Both the position numbers and the translations under genes were made by a program. Shown piece by piece: positions 35,826 through 45,958 of a stretch of DNA of 64,000 nt. The first letter of the stretch is position 1; every line of letters starts with the position of its first letter. Under the pieces are notes generated by a model, which worked only from the letters and a program-made list of their open reading frames with translations, was not told the DNA's origin and ran no database searches. The DNA comes from Synechococcus sp. (lineage in GTDB: Bacteria > Cyanobacteriota > Cyanobacteriia > PCC-6307 > Cyanobiaceae). The DNA lies in NCBI GenBank assembly GCA_047285305.1, contig JBJBDL010000003.1, positions 2,052,228-2,116,227 on the forward strand, read 5' to 3'.

Positions 35826-37087
35826 GCCAGCGGACCTATCACGACCCTCTGCATCGCGGCATTGGTCTTGACCGCCAAGCCCCAGCCGAGGGGATGGTGA
35901 TGGACCTGGTGGAAACGGCACCGTTCCAGCGCCTGCGGCGCATCCGCCAGCTGGGTCCGGCCTACCTCACCTTTCACAGCGCTGAATCCAGTCGATTCAC
36001 CCACTCGCTGGGGGTCTTTCATCTGGCACGCCGTGCGTTTGAGCGGATGCTGCCGTTGGCACCCGAGTTGGAGACGTACCGGGGGCTGCTTTACGGAGCT
36101 GCTTTGCTCCATGACATTGGCCATGGCCCCCTCAGCCACACCGGCGAAGAGATGTTTGGCCTGCGCCATGAAGCGTGGTCAGCGCGGGTGATCCGGCATC
36201 ACCAAGAGATCCATGACTGTCTGGAGAGCCATGCATCCGGCACGGCTGAGGCGGTGGCGAACCTGCTGGAGCATGGAAGCAGCCCTCACCCCCTTATCAA
36301 ACACCTGGTCAGCAGTCAGCTGGATTGCGACCGACTGGATTACCTCCTGCGCGACAGCTACAGCACCGGAACGCGCTATGGACAACTGGATCTCGACCGC
36401 ATCCTGGGAGCACTGACCCTGGCCCCTGACGGGGACATGGCCATTCATCCCAAGGGACTGATGGCAGTGGAGCACTACCTGGTGGTGAGAAACCTCATGT
36501 ACCGGAGCGTCTACAACCACCGGTTAAATGTGGTGTGCAACTGGCTGCTGGAAAAACTGATCCTGACGGCACGACAACTGGGGCCTGAGCAGGTGTGGGC
36601 TGATGAGGTGATGACCAACTGGCTCTGGCAACCAGACCAGATCCGCTTGGAGGACTTCCTCGCCAACGATGACCAACGCACCGGCTACCACCTCCAGCGC
36701 TGGCAAACCGAAGCGCCAGCAGCCCTAGCTGAACTGAGTGGGCGTTTTCTGGATCGACGCCTGCTCAAAGCAACGGCCGTTGAACATCTTTCCCCGGCGG
36801 ATCAACTGCAATTGCTCGCAACAGCGAGGCGCCTGGCCGATCTTCATGGCCACGACCCTGAACTCTGCTGCGGATTGCGTCATCAACAGCTGCGCGGGTA
36901 CCACCCCTATCGAGGCGGCTTGCGCCTCTGGGACGGGCAACAACTCCAAGCCCTGGAGAAAGCCTCCCCCCTGGTCGAAAGTCTGGCGACCCCGGCGGCA
37001 ACCTCCTGGTTGATTCACCCGCGTGACATCAGCGACGAGCTCAGGCAGGAGATGGACTTTGAATGGCCCCGAGCAGCAGCAGCGTGA
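35822..37087 (+). CDS. HD-domain phosphohydrolase (dNTPase/YwfO-like)
   Basis: FQRLRRIRQLG, RFTHSLG, LLHDIGHGPLSH, LDCDRLDYLLRD. Confidence 0.88.
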   Translation: MSQRTYHDPLHRGIGLDRQAPAEGMVMDLVETAPFQRLRRIRQLGPAYLTFHSAESSRFTHSLGVFHLARRAFERMLPLAPELETYRGLLYGAALLHDIGHGPLSHTGEEMFGLRHEAWSARVIRHHQEIHDCLESHASGTAEAVANLLEHGSSPHPLIKHLVSSQLDCDRLDYLLRDSYSTGTRYGQLDLDRILGALTLAPDGDMAIHPKGLMAVEHYLVVRNLMYRSVYNHRLNVVCNWLLEKLILTARQLGPEQVWADEVMTNWLWQPDQIRLEDFLANDDQRTGYHLQRWQTEAPAALAELSGRFLDRRLLKATAVEHLSPADQLQLLATARRLADLHGHDPELCCGLRHQQLRGYHPYRGGLRLWDGQQLQALEKASPLVESLATPAATSWLIHPRDISDELRQEMDFEWPRAAAA

Positions 37088-37094
37088 AGCAGCC

Positions 37095-37733
37095 ATGACC
37101 ATGAGGCTTCCCGACCAGCGCCTGGATCACTGGAGGGATCGTTTGCCTGATCTGCTGAGCAGGTGTTCCCAACCGATAGTTGATCTCGATTGCGGAGACT
37201 GGGTCCTGAACTGCAGCGACCTCGCTGATTTGTGCGCCGCCGTCAGCGAGGCAGGCCATCAACTCGGACGCATCACCAGCCGGGCAGCCGAAACCGTTGT
37301 GAGTGCTTCAGCCTTGGGACTGGACGCAATCCGATCCAACACCCCGTCCACCCGTGAACTCCAGCCCAATCCTGTAACGACGACCCCTTCCGAGCTGTTG
37401 TTTCACCACGGCACCCTGCGCTCCGGCGACCATCTCCAAAGCGAGCGCACCATCCTTCTCTATGGCGATGTGAATCCAGGAGCGCGGATCAGTTCAACCG
37501 CTGATGTTTTGGTGTGGGGTCGCCTGCGGGGCGTGGCCCATGCCGGATGTGAGGGGTCAACAACCGCGAAAATCGTTGCTCTGCAGCTGCGGCCACTACA
37601 ACTGAGGATTGCTGACGTTATCGCCCGAGGCCCCGAGGATCTGCCACAGGCGGGTTTGGCCGAACAGGCCGGGCTCAAGGATGGCGTGATCGCCATTGAA
37701 CCCGCCGTCATCCAGAGCTTTCAAAAACGCTGA
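37095..37733 (+). CDS. minC: Septum site-determining protein MinC
   Basis: GTLRSG, GDVNPGA, VWGRLRGVAHAG, PLQLRIA; lies upstream of minDE. Confidence 0.88.
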   Translation: MTMRLPDQRLDHWRDRLPDLLSRCSQPIVDLDCGDWVLNCSDLADLCAAVSEAGHQLGRITSRAAETVVSASALGLDAIRSNTPSTRELQPNPVTTTPSELLFHHGTLRSGDHLQSERTILLYGDVNPGARISSTADVLVWGRLRGVAHAGCEGSTTAKIVALQLRPLQLRIADVIARGPEDLPQAGLAEQAGLKDGVIAIEPAVIQSFQKR

Positions 37734-37789
37734 CGTCGTTGTCAGGCCCAAAAGCCAGATTATTCTGGCCGCACCAAAGCAGAACCCTG

Positions 37790-38602
37790 GTGTCGACGAC
37801 CCGAACCATCCTCATCTGTTCTGGCAAAGGCGGTGTCGGAAAAACAACGACCACGGCAAACCTCGGGATCGCCCTCGCCCGCCAAGGCGCCAAGACCGTG
37901 GTTCTTGACGCGGACTTCGGTCTGAGGAACCTCGATCTGCTCCTGGGCCTGGAGAACCGCATCGTCTACACCGCTCAGGAGGTGCTGGCAGAGACCTGCC
38001 GGCTGGAGCAAGCCCTGGTGAAGCACAAGCAGGAGCCCAATCTTGCCCTGCTCCCTGCGGGCAACCCTCGGATGCTCGAGTGGCTCAAGCCCAAGGACAT
38101 GCAGGCCATCGTTGCTCTGCTGGAACGCCAGTTCGATTACGTGTTGATCGACTGCCCGGCAGGTATCGAAGACGGATTCAAAAATGCCGCGGCAGCAGCC
38201 CGAGAAGCTGTGGTGATCACCACCCCGGAAGTGGCCGCCGTGCGGGACGCTGATCGGGTGATCGGGCTTCTGAACACTCAAGGCGTGCAGCCGGTGCAGC
38301 TCGTGCTCAACAGGGTGCGGCCGAAGATGATGTCGAACCAGGAAATGCTTTCGGTGGACGATGTCACCGACATCCTGGCGTTACCTCTTCTGGGACTTGT
38401 TTTTGAAGACGAACAGGTGATTGTGAGCACCAACCGCGGTGAACCCTTGACCCTGAGTGATTCGTCGTCCCCAGCAGCCCAGGCCTACGGCAACATCGCT
38501 CAACGGCTTCAGGGTGAAGACATTCCTCTGATGGACCCCTCTCAGGCCCGCCGCGGCCTCCGCGCCACGATGCGCAAGCTGATGCAAACCCGGATTTTCT
38601 GA
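37790..38602 (+). CDS. minD: Septum site-determining ATPase MinD
   Basis: [27 protein letters not shown]-terminal amphipathic helix; GTG start. Confidence 0.96.
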   Translation: MSTTRTILICSGKGGVGKTTTTANLGIALARQGAKTVVLDADFGLRNLDLLLGLENRIVYTAQEVLAETCRLEQALVKHKQEPNLALLPAGNPRMLEWLKPKDMQAIVALLERQFDYVLIDCPAGIEDGFKNAAAAAREAVVITTPEVAAVRDADRVIGLLNTQGVQPVQLVLNRVRPKMMSNQEMLSVDDVTDILALPLLGLVFEDEQVIVSTNRGEPLTLSDSSSPAAQAYGNIAQRLQGEDIPLMDPSQARRGLRATMRKLMQTRIF

Positions 38603-38606
38603 GGCG

Positions 38607-38915
38607 ATGACACTCAAGGAATTCATCGACAAACTCCTGCGCCGTCAGCCCGCCAGCGCAGAAACAGCCAAAGAGCGGCTCCAGTTGGTGCTGGCCCACG
38701 ACCGCAGCGACCTCAATCCGGAGCTGCTGGAACAAATGCGGCGCGAGATCCTCGAAGTGGTAGCCCGCTACGTGGAGATCGACCTCGCTGAAGGTGATGT
38801 GAGCCTCGAGACGGAAGATCGCGTCACCGCCCTGGTGGCCAACCTGCCGATCCGTCGCCCCATCGCCCAACCTTCGAAGGTGGAATCCTCTGAGCAGCAA
38901 CCTGCTCAAGCTTGA
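38607..38915 (+). CDS. minE: Cell division topological specificity factor MinE
   Basis: [24 protein letters not shown]. Confidence 0.95.
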   Translation: MTLKEFIDKLLRRQPASAETAKERLQLVLAHDRSDLNPELLEQMRREILEVVARYVEIDLAEGDVSLETEDRVTALVANLPIRRPIAQPSKVESSEQQPAQA

Positions 38916-39110
38916 AACCGCGATCCCGAACCTCCTCACCCCCGCTGAACAGCCGGTGGTGCTGTTGTTGCTCGAAGGGCTCAATAAACCAACCATCGCC
39001 CAGTGGTTGGTGATCAGTCATCGCACCGTTGAGTGCCACATCAGCAGATCACTCCGGACAAGCGGATGTCGCAATCGACTCGGGCTGGTGCTTTAGCTGA
39101 TCAGGGATGA
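38912..39110 (+). pseudogene. Decayed LuxR/GerE-type HTH regulator
   Basis: The frame from 38932 reads LLTPAEQPVVLLLLEGLNKPTIAQWLVISHRTVECHISRSLRTSGCRNRLGLVL*. The TTG at 38912 is out of frame with it, and there is a TAG at 39094. Confidence 0.7.
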
Positions 39111-39153
39111 AGACCCCGCCTTGAAGCCTGGCAGCCGGTACGATGCAGCCCAT

Positions 39154-39225
39154 GCCGGCTTAGCTCAGCGGTAGAGCAGCGCTTTTGTAAAGCGAAGGCC
39201 ATCGGTTCAAATCCGTTAGCCGGCT
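39154..39225 (+). tRNA. tRNA-Thr (TGT)
   Basis: Acceptor GCCGGCT/AGCCGGC, anticodon loop TTTGTAA, GGTTCAAATCC. Confidence 0.94.
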
Positions 39226-39234
39226 TGATCTGGA

Positions 39235-39408
39235 TCAGGGCGACGTGCTGCGGTCTGATTCAGCCGCCAGCAGCCAGATGAAGAACAACCCCAACAGCCA
39301 GGGGAGAAGATTCAGTTGAAGCGTCCAGGTGAAGACAGCTTCAAGGGGTTCCAGCACCCAATGAAGCAAGGCCATCACCAGCAAGCAGAGCCCAACAAGC
39401 GAGATCAC
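39235..39408 (-). CDS. Small two-helix membrane protein (57 aa)
   Basis: Below the ORF-track cutoff: MISLVGLCLLVMALLHWVLEPLEAVFTWTLQLNLLPWLLGLFFIWLLAAESDRSTSP. Its GTG overlaps the tsaC stop (GTGA). Confidence 0.6.
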   Translation of the reverse strand: MISLVGLCLLVMALLHWVLEPLEAVFTWTLQLNLLPWLLGLFFIWLLAAESDRSTSP

Positions 39409-40004
39409 TCGAGCACCTCAACCCCTGCTGGAATCACAGCACCCCGGCGCACCAGCCGCCAGCACCCTTCCTCGACCCAGACCAACACAGTGCTGGCCTT
39501 GCCCGAGGGTTGAGGCCAGGGCTGCGGACCCAGCTGCGCGACATCGGGGAAAACCAGAGCCGCCTCTTCTGCGGTCATGCTGGCAGGTTCACCGGAGCGA
39601 TTGGCACTGGTGGTGGCCAACGGCCCGCTGATCTGAAGCAGCGCGCGGGTCTGCTCACAGGCCGGAATGCGGCAGCCCAGCGTTGTGCCACCTGGGTTGA
39701 GATACCGGACCGCACCGCCATCACGGGCAGGCAACACCAGGGTGAGCGCTCCAGGCCAATAGCGCTCAGCCAACGCTGCAACCTCCCGATGGCACGGAAC
39801 TGCCACGTCTTGGAGCAAATCATTGACTGATGCCCCCATCAGAATGAGGGGCTTATCGGCTGGTCGACGTTTCAAGCGCCAGAGGGTCTGGGCTTTATCG
39901 GGACGGACCGCCAGTCCCGGCAGCGTGTCGGTGGGAATGATGGCGGCTTCACAGGCACGAAGCCGCAGCGCCAGGTCGGAGGCGGCCAGAACCGGAGCAG
40001 GCAT
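39405..40004 (-). CDS. tsaC: L-threonylcarbamoyladenylate synthase (Sua5/YrdC)
   Basis: IIPTDT, KRRPADKPL, YWPGALTLVL, TTSANRSG. Start set at the ATG after GAAGGAAGGA. Confidence 0.88.
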   Translation of the reverse strand: MPAPVLAASDLALRLRACEAAIIPTDTLPGLAVRPDKAQTLWRLKRRPADKPLILMGASVNDLLQDVAVPCHREVAALAERYWPGALTLVLPARDGGAVRYLNPGGTTLGCRIPACEQTRALLQISGPLATTSANRSGEPASMTAEEAALVFPDVAQLGPQPWPQPSGKASTVLVWVEEGCWRLVRRGAVIPAGVEVLE

Positions 40005-40032
40005 GAATCCTTCCTTCATCGCAGAAGTTTCA

Positions 40033-40938
40033 TCAGCTTGATGCGGCAGGTTTGCGAGCAAGCGCGAAGCGAAGGGTCCCCTCAAGATCAGCGGCCGTTC
40101 TGACCTCCACCAAGCCAGCAGCCCGCAGCAGCTGCATCACCTGAGCGCTCTGGTCGTGGTGATGTTCGAGCAGAAGCCAGCCCCCAGGCGACAGCCCCGT
40201 TAGTGCTCCATCCACCACAGTCCTGATCGCATCCAAGCCATCCGCTCCTCCAAGCAACGCCAAGTGAGGTTCGTGGTCTCGAACCACAGCCTCAAGACCT
40301 TCAACCAAAGCACAGGGGATGTATGGAGGATTACTGACCACCAAATCCAGCCTTCCCCACCAGTTCTTGAGGGGAGACCACCACGAACCTAGGTGCAGCG
40401 AACAGTTGTGATGCGGGGCGCAACCCTGAAGATTGCGTTCTGCCAACTGCAAGGCATCGGGACTGAGGTCGACGCCATGCCCTGGTGCCGTCGGCCAGGC
40501 ACGGGCCAGAGCCACAGCGATAGCCCCTGAACCAGTGCCGAGGTCAGCCCAACGAGCGGGAGGGGTGGTCGTGAACTTGCTCATGGCCAGATCCACCAGC
40601 AGTTCCGTTTCCTGACGGGGAATCAATGCAGCAGGCGACGACTCAAGCAGCACATCTCGCCAGGGACAGAGTCCAACCAGGTGCTGGAGAGGAACATTCC
40701 CATGAAGGTGACGCTCCCACAGCTCAGAGAGCACCTCAAGGGACTGCTCCAGGGCGACGGTGCGCGTGGGGTCCAGCAACAGCCGTTGCAAGCTGGCCCA
40801 ACGAAGACCACCGGCCAGATCAAGCAACCAATCCAGATCAGCCGCGGTGCCACCCCGGGCGAGTTGTTGGCGCCGCCACTGCAACACATCAGTGCCGGCA
40901 ACGGTTGTGCAGTCTCTCAAGGCCGAGGCTTGCGCCAA
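40033..40938 (-). CDS. prmC: Release factor glutamine methyltransferase
   Basis: PLQHL, LIPRQETE, DLGTGSG, SNPPY, HEPHLAL. Confidence 0.93.
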   Translation of the reverse strand: MAQASALRDCTTVAGTDVLQWRRQQLARGGTAADLDWLLDLAGGLRWASLQRLLLDPTRTVALEQSLEVLSELWERHLHGNVPLQHLVGLCPWRDVLLESSPAALIPRQETELLVDLAMSKFTTTPPARWADLGTGSGAIAVALARAWPTAPGHGVDLSPDALQLAERNLQGCAPHHNCSLHLGSWWSPLKNWWGRLDLVVSNPPYIPCALVEGLEAVVRDHEPHLALLGGADGLDAIRTVVDGALTGLSPGGWLLLEHHHDQSAQVMQLLRAAGLVEVRTAADLEGTLRFALARKPAASS

Positions 40939-41221
40939 TGCAATCCAGATTCACACAGCAGTTCGCGCCGACACTCAAGGGCCAAAAGCTGGGGGGCCAG
41001 CTCAGCAGGGGATAACTGCAAAAAAAGCACGAGCTGATCAAAGGTCACCCAGTAAAAGGGCATAAACAGGCACGTCAAGCTTCGGAGCAGCCCCGTGCTC
41101 GAGCCTGTAACGGTCAACGTCGCGCAAACAGTCCGATGGCTTGAACGCGGCAAAGCCTGCGCAGATCGGCCATGCGTGCGTTGCCCAAGCCAGGGCAACA
41201 GGTCCAGAGCCACCACCATCA
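40917..41221 (-). pseudogene. dprA: Probable dprA (Smf) remnant: N- and C-terminal ends only
   Basis: WWWLWTCCPGLGNARMADL (41218 downward, bounded by stops) abuts a winged-helix-like tail TFDQLV..LQLSPAELAPQLLALECRRELLCESGLHWR. It sits between the thioesterase and prmC, where I recall dprA in picocyanobacteria. Confidence 0.6.
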
Positions 41222-41248
41222 CAGTTACTCCGAGAAAGTGCATATGTA

Positions 41249-41683
41249 CTACCACGGCAGCGTTGGCTCACAGTTCGATTCAGAGCGCAGTTGAACCAGC
41301 TGATCCATCACCTTCTGCAGCTGCGCCGGCACGCGCCTGAGCACGCGCCCCTCACGCACCATCACCAGATTCACCGACGCCTCCGCAACCACTGTGTTTC
41401 TGCAGACAAAGCGAGAGACCCATGGCCAGCGCACCCCCTGCTTACCAGGGCATCGGCTTTCAACACACACTTCGTCACCGTGCCGGAGCGGATGGCGGTA
41501 ATCCAGGTGAAGGGACACCACCGGCATATCGACACCCATCGCGGTCATGGCGGCATAGCCAAGGCCCGCAGCCTGGAGGGCCTCAACCCTGGCCTCCTCA
41601 AGCCACTGCACATAGGCCCCATGCCACATCACACCGGCGTAATCGGTGTGCTGAGGGAGCACACGCTTGGTCAGGGTGTACAT
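41249..41683 (-). CDS. Acyl-CoA thioesterase (4HBT/YbgC hot-dog fold)
   Basis: HTDYAGVMWHGAYVQWLEEAR, LDYRHPLRHGD. Confidence 0.85.
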   Translation of the reverse strand: MYTLTKRVLPQHTDYAGVMWHGAYVQWLEEARVEALQAAGLGYAAMTAMGVDMPVVSLHLDYRHPLRHGDEVCVESRCPGKQGVRWPWVSRFVCRNTVVAEASVNLVMVREGRVLRRVPAQLQKVMDQLVQLRSESNCEPTLPW

Positions 41684-41765
41684 GATCCGCGTAACGCTGT
41701 GACATCAGCTTCTCTCCACGGAGGCAACCACCCATAGGCTTCCGCAGAGGCTGCTTCATCTCCCT

Positions 41766-42614
41766 TTGTTCAGGAACCTTCTGATTGCCGACTCGGGTAA
41801 GGGTCACGTCGAGGAAATGATCCGGATGCTCCAGGACATTCCCAGCCTGAAGGCCGCAAAAATCAATTTGCTGCATGTGGTCTCGGAGCAAAGCAAGTCG
41901 CAATCCGACGGCCATCGCGACGAAGCAGAAAATCTCTTGAACAGCGCAATCACGCGCATGGGACTCAGCCCGTCAAGCGTGAGCACCTTGATTCGCGAGG
42001 GCGACACCAAGCAGACCGTGCTCAAGGTTGCCGATGAGGTTCAGGCCGACCTGATCGTGATGGGATCCCGCGGCCTCGGACGGCTTCAATCGATCCTGGC
42101 CAACAGCACCAGCCAATACGTCTTTCAACTGTCCACACGGCCGATGCTGCTGGTGCGGGATGACCTCTACGTCAAGCATGTCAACCGCGTGATGGTGACG
42201 ATCGACGGAACAGGCGTTGGGGACGACGCTCTGCGCACGGCCTGCGAACTGGTGCGTGAAATCCCTGGCGGAACTCTCACCGGTGTTCATGTCGTACGCC
42301 AGGAGTCAGCACCCTCCCGGGGAGGCCGCACAAAAGCAGACGAGGTTCTTGAAGCTGCTGTTCAGCGGGCCAGGGGTTTCGGTGTCGATATGAAAGCCAT
42401 CCACACCGAAGGGAAGGACATCGGTCGCAGCGTTTGCCTGGCTGCATCGGAATGCAACGCCGACCTGGTGGTCATCGCCTCTCAGGACCGACGTCCTCTT
42501 GTCGCCAGAGGGCTGGTGGATTTGGACAAGCTTCTAGGCGGATCAGTCAGCGACTACATCCGAGTGCACGCACCAGCCCCTGTGCTGCTGGTGCGTGAGC
42601 CTGAGCAGGGCTGA
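41766..42614 (+). CDS. Universal stress protein (tandem USP domains)
   Basis: DLIVMGSRG..SILANSTS and DLVVIAS...LGGSVSDY. Confidence 0.88.
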   Translation: MFRNLLIADSGKGHVEEMIRMLQDIPSLKAAKINLLHVVSEQSKSQSDGHRDEAENLLNSAITRMGLSPSSVSTLIREGDTKQTVLKVADEVQADLIVMGSRGLGRLQSILANSTSQYVFQLSTRPMLLVRDDLYVKHVNRVMVTIDGTGVGDDALRTACELVREIPGGTLTGVHVVRQESAPSRGGRTKADEVLEAAVQRARGFGVDMKAIHTEGKDIGRSVCLAASECNADLVVIASQDRRPLVARGLVDLDKLLGGSVSDYIRVHAPAPVLLVREPEQG

Positions 42615-42615
42615 A

Positions 42616-42720
42616 TCAGGCCTCGTTGTTCTGCGTGCCGATGTAGAGCACGATCAGGAAGATCGCCGGAACCAGGATGAACAGGAGGCTGGCGACGAAT
42701 CCGAGATCGTTGGTTTCCAT
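42616..42720 (-). CDS. psbM: Photosystem II protein M
   Basis: Manual translation METNDLGFVASLLFILVPAIFLIVLYIGTQNNEA. Confidence 0.95.
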   Translation of the reverse strand: METNDLGFVASLLFILVPAIFLIVLYIGTQNNEA

Positions 42721-42779
42721 GGCCGTTGGAGGGATCCAGGCGAAGGTATCACCGACAAGAGGCCTGGGGAGCGTCTGCC

Positions 42780-43256
42780 TTAGGCCTCGTCACCGGCGGT
42801 AGCAGCCTTGGCATCTCGGCCGTCGCCATCGACCCCATCCTGGTACTCCTCATCGAGCTCACTGGCCGGAGGCGCTGGCCATGCCGTGGGACCCGCCGGC
42901 AGCGGGGCTTGCCTGGCCGCAGCCAATCTCGAATCAGCATTGGCGAGCCTCACCTGAGGCCGGGTGAGAACCATGACGGACTTCTCCACCAGGGCCTGGC
43001 ATGCCAGGCGCCACTCCTGGGGCCTGCGGCGCAACTTGCTGTCTTCGACGGCAGTGCGTGCCGTCAGCGCATCGGAATTGTCTTCGTCGACCACGGAAAC
43101 GAAGCAGGTAATGCACTGACCACACCCACCGCAGTTGCCCAGCTGCCCCTTTAGGCCATAGAGCTCGATGCCCTCGCGCCGGGCCACCTCACGCAGATTC
43201 TCACCGGGGTAACACTCCACATCACGCCCTTCGCGAACAAACCGGATAACGGGCAT
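42780..43256 (-). CDS. 2Fe-2S ferredoxin-like protein with acidic C-terminal tail
   Basis: GENLREVA, NCGGCGQCITC, RLACQ. Confidence 0.85.
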   Translation of the reverse strand: MPVIRFVREGRDVECYPGENLREVARREGIELYGLKGQLGNCGGCGQCITCFVSVVDEDNSDALTARTAVEDSKLRRRPQEWRLACQALVEKSVMVLTRPQVRLANADSRLAAARQAPLPAGPTAWPAPPASELDEEYQDGVDGDGRDAKAATAGDEA

Positions 43257-43438
43257 GAGCTCACAAGCAACCAACCCCCATCATGGGCCGAAGCATTGCG
43301 TTTTGTGAACAGCAGAGTGCTGACTTTCATGTCACTGACCATTGCGGGCAGGTCACGTTTCCCCCGCCCCATGGACTGAAGCCCTTACGATCCCACATGT
43401 CTGACTGCATAGGCAGTCTTGTCCCCCGAATCTGACCC

Positions 43439-44998
43439 ATGGGATTGCCCTGGTATCGGGTGCACACCGTTGTCATTAATGACCCGGGCCGCCTTCTGGC
43501 TGTGCACCTCATGCATACAGCCCTCGTAGCCGGCTGGGCCGGCTCCATGGCTCTCTACGAGCTGGCCATTTTCGATCCGTCTGATCCTGTCCTGAACCCC
43601 ATGTGGCGTCAGGGCATGTTTGTGATGCCCTTCATGTCACGCCTTGGCGTGACAGGCAGCTGGGGTGGATGGAGCATCACCGGCGAAACAGGTGTTGATC
43701 CCGGTTTCTGGAGTTTTGAGGGCGTCGCTGCCGCCCACATCGTTTTTTCCGGCCTGATGATGCTTGCCGCCATCTGGCACTGGACTTACTGGGATCTTGA
43801 GATCTGGCAAGACCCCCGCACGGGCGAGCCCGCTCTTGACCTTCCAAAGATCTTCGGCATCCACCTTCTTCTTGCTGGACTCGGCTGCTTCGGTTTCGGT
43901 GCTTTCCACCTCACTGGCGTCTTCGGGCCAGGCATGTGGATCTCGGACCCTTATGCACTAACCGGTCATCTCGAGGCGGTCCAACCATCTTGGGGACCCG
44001 AAGGCTTCAATCCCTTCAACCCTGGCGGCATCGTTGCTCACCATATTGCTGCTGGCATCGTCGGCATCATCGCCGGCATTTTCCACATCACCACGCGTCC
44101 TCCTGAGCGCCTCTACAAAGCGCTTCGGATGGGCAACATCGAAACGGTCCTGGCCAGCGCCATCGCAGCAGTGTTCTTCGCCGCCTTCATCGTGGCTGGA
44201 ACTATGTGGTACGGCTCTGCCGCAACCCCCGTCGAACTGTTTGGCCCCACTCGTTATCAGTGGGATCAGAGCTATTTCAAAACTGAGATTAACCGTCGCG
44301 TTCAAACCGCGATGGACGATGGCGCTACCCAGGAGGAAGCTTTCGAAGCCATCCCTGAGAAGCTCGCCTTCTATGACTACGTCGGTAACAGCCCTGCCAA
44401 GGGCGGTCTGTTCCGCGTGGGTCCCATGGTGAATGGCGATGGTTTGGCAACCTCTTGGGTTGGTCACATCGCATTCAGCGACAAAGAAGGTCGCAACCTA
44501 GAAGTTCGTCGCCTTCCGAACTTCTTCGAGAACTTCCCTGTCGTTCTGGAAGATGAGCAGGGCATCGTCCGTGCCGACATTCCTTACCGTCGTGCGGAAG
44601 CCAAGTTCTCCTTCGAACAACAGGGCGTGACAGCCAAGGTGTTCGGTGGCGCACTGGATGGCCAGACCTTCACTGACCCTGCCGACGTGAAGCGCCTTGC
44701 CCGTAAGGCTCAGCTGGGTGAAGCCTTCGACTTCGACCGTGAGACCTACAACTCAGACGGTACGTTCCGCAGCTCGCCACGCGGCTGGTTCACCTTTGGT
44801 CACGCCACCTTCGCGTTGCTGTTCTTCTTCGGCCACATCTGGCACGGTGCCCGCACCCTGTACCGCGACGTGTTCGCTGGTATTGATCCTGACCTCGGAG
44901 ATCAGGTTGAGTTTGGCCTCTTCGCCAAGCTCGGTGACAAAACCACCCGTCGCCTGCCCGAGGGCTACGTTCCCCCCGCAGGATCTCCCCTTAACTGA
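43439..44998 (+). CDS. psbB: Photosystem II CP47
   Basis: [35 protein letters not shown]. Confidence 0.99.
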   Translation: MGLPWYRVHTVVINDPGRLLAVHLMHTALVAGWAGSMALYELAIFDPSDPVLNPMWRQGMFVMPFMSRLGVTGSWGGWSITGETGVDPGFWSFEGVAAAHIVFSGLMMLAAIWHWTYWDLEIWQDPRTGEPALDLPKIFGIHLLLAGLGCFGFGAFHLTGVFGPGMWISDPYALTGHLEAVQPSWGPEGFNPFNPGGIVAHHIAAGIVGIIAGIFHITTRPPERLYKALRMGNIETVLASAIAAVFFAAFIVAGTMWYGSAATPVELFGPTRYQWDQSYFKTEINRRVQTAMDDGATQEEAFEAIPEKLAFYDYVGNSPAKGGLFRVGPMVNGDGLATSWVGHIAFSDKEGRNLEVRRLPNFFENFPVVLEDEQGIVRADIPYRRAEAKFSFEQQGVTAKVFGGALDGQTFTDPADVKRLARKAQLGEAFDFDRETYNSDGTFRSSPRGWFTFGHATFALLFFFGHIWHGARTLYRDVFAGIDPDLGDQVEFGLFAKLGDKTTRRLPEGYVPPAGSPLN

Positions 44999-45019
44999 TC
45001 GCCCTCTAGGAACAACACG

Positions 45020-45115
45020 ATGGAAAGCTTCGCTTACGTCCTCATCCTTACCCTCGCGATTGCCACCCTCTTCTTCGCAATCGCTTTTCGCGATCCGCCG
45101 AAAATCGGTAAGTGA
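45020..45115 (+). CDS. psbT: Photosystem II protein T
   Basis: Manual translation [31 protein letters not shown]. Confidence 0.96.
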   Translation: MESFAYVLILTLAIATLFFAIAFRDPPKIGK

Positions 45116-45126
45116 TTTGATCTCTC

Positions 45127-45153
45127 AAAACCCCGCCTCGGCGGGGTTTTTTT
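45127..45153 (+). terminator. Intrinsic terminator of psbBT
   Basis: AAAACCCCGCC-tc-GGCGGGGTTTTTTT. Confidence 0.9.
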
Positions 45154-45328
45154 ATGGTTTCCATGACCCATCGTCGCAAGCCGGTCTCGCCCACTCGAGC
45201 TGATCACTGCAGTCTCACGTCAGCAACAGCCGTCGACGGAATCCTCAAATGAGACTGATGTCCACGAGGCCCTTCTCAAGTCTCAAATCACTGTCTACAG
45301 TTGGTGCAACTTATTGGTGTCCTCGGGG

Positions 45329-45811
45329 ATGCAGTGCCCCTCCTGCCAAAACACAGATAGTCGCGTTCTCGAATCCAGGGCAGCGGATGGTGGACGCAGT
45401 GTGAGAAGACGACGTGAATGCCTCAACTGTGAATTTCGCTTCACCACCTACGAGCGGGTGGAGACCGTTCCGATAACGGTGATCAAACGCAACGGCAACC
45501 GGGAAATCTTCAGTCGTAGCAAGTTGCTGCACGGCTTGAATCGGGCTTGCGAGAAAACGGGCTTGGACACCTCTCGGCTCGAATCCCTCGTGGAAGAGCT
45601 CGAACTGAAACTCCAGCAACGCAACGGCAAGGAAGTGAGCAGCACCGAGATCGGTGAGTTCGTGCTGAGGGATCTCAAACAGATCAGCGAAGTCGCCTAC
45701 ATCCGGTTCGCATCCGTCTACCGCCAGTTCCGTGGCATTGACGACTTCGTGTCAACCCTAGAAACACTGAACGCCGATCAGGAACAAAGCCATCTGGCCA
45801 CAGTGCGCTGA
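45329..45811 (+). CDS. nrdR: Transcriptional repressor NrdR
   Basis: [32 protein letters not shown] cone, AYIRFASVY. Confidence 0.96.
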   Translation: MQCPSCQNTDSRVLESRAADGGRSVRRRRECLNCEFRFTTYERVETVPITVIKRNGNREIFSRSKLLHGLNRACEKTGLDTSRLESLVEELELKLQQRNGKEVSSTEIGEFVLRDLKQISEVAYIRFASVYRQFRGIDDFVSTLETLNADQEQSHLATVR

Positions 45812-45958
45812 ATCGGTTCGTTGAACCCGTGCACGGCATCGCTGGGCTAAAAACGCTGTCGGCCCTGTCTGTAAAATAAGTAGTTCTCCGTGGAACGTCG
45901 GCGGGCGTTCCACGTGATTTTTTCGAACTACCCACCTGAGGTAGACCGCCAGCCCCCC

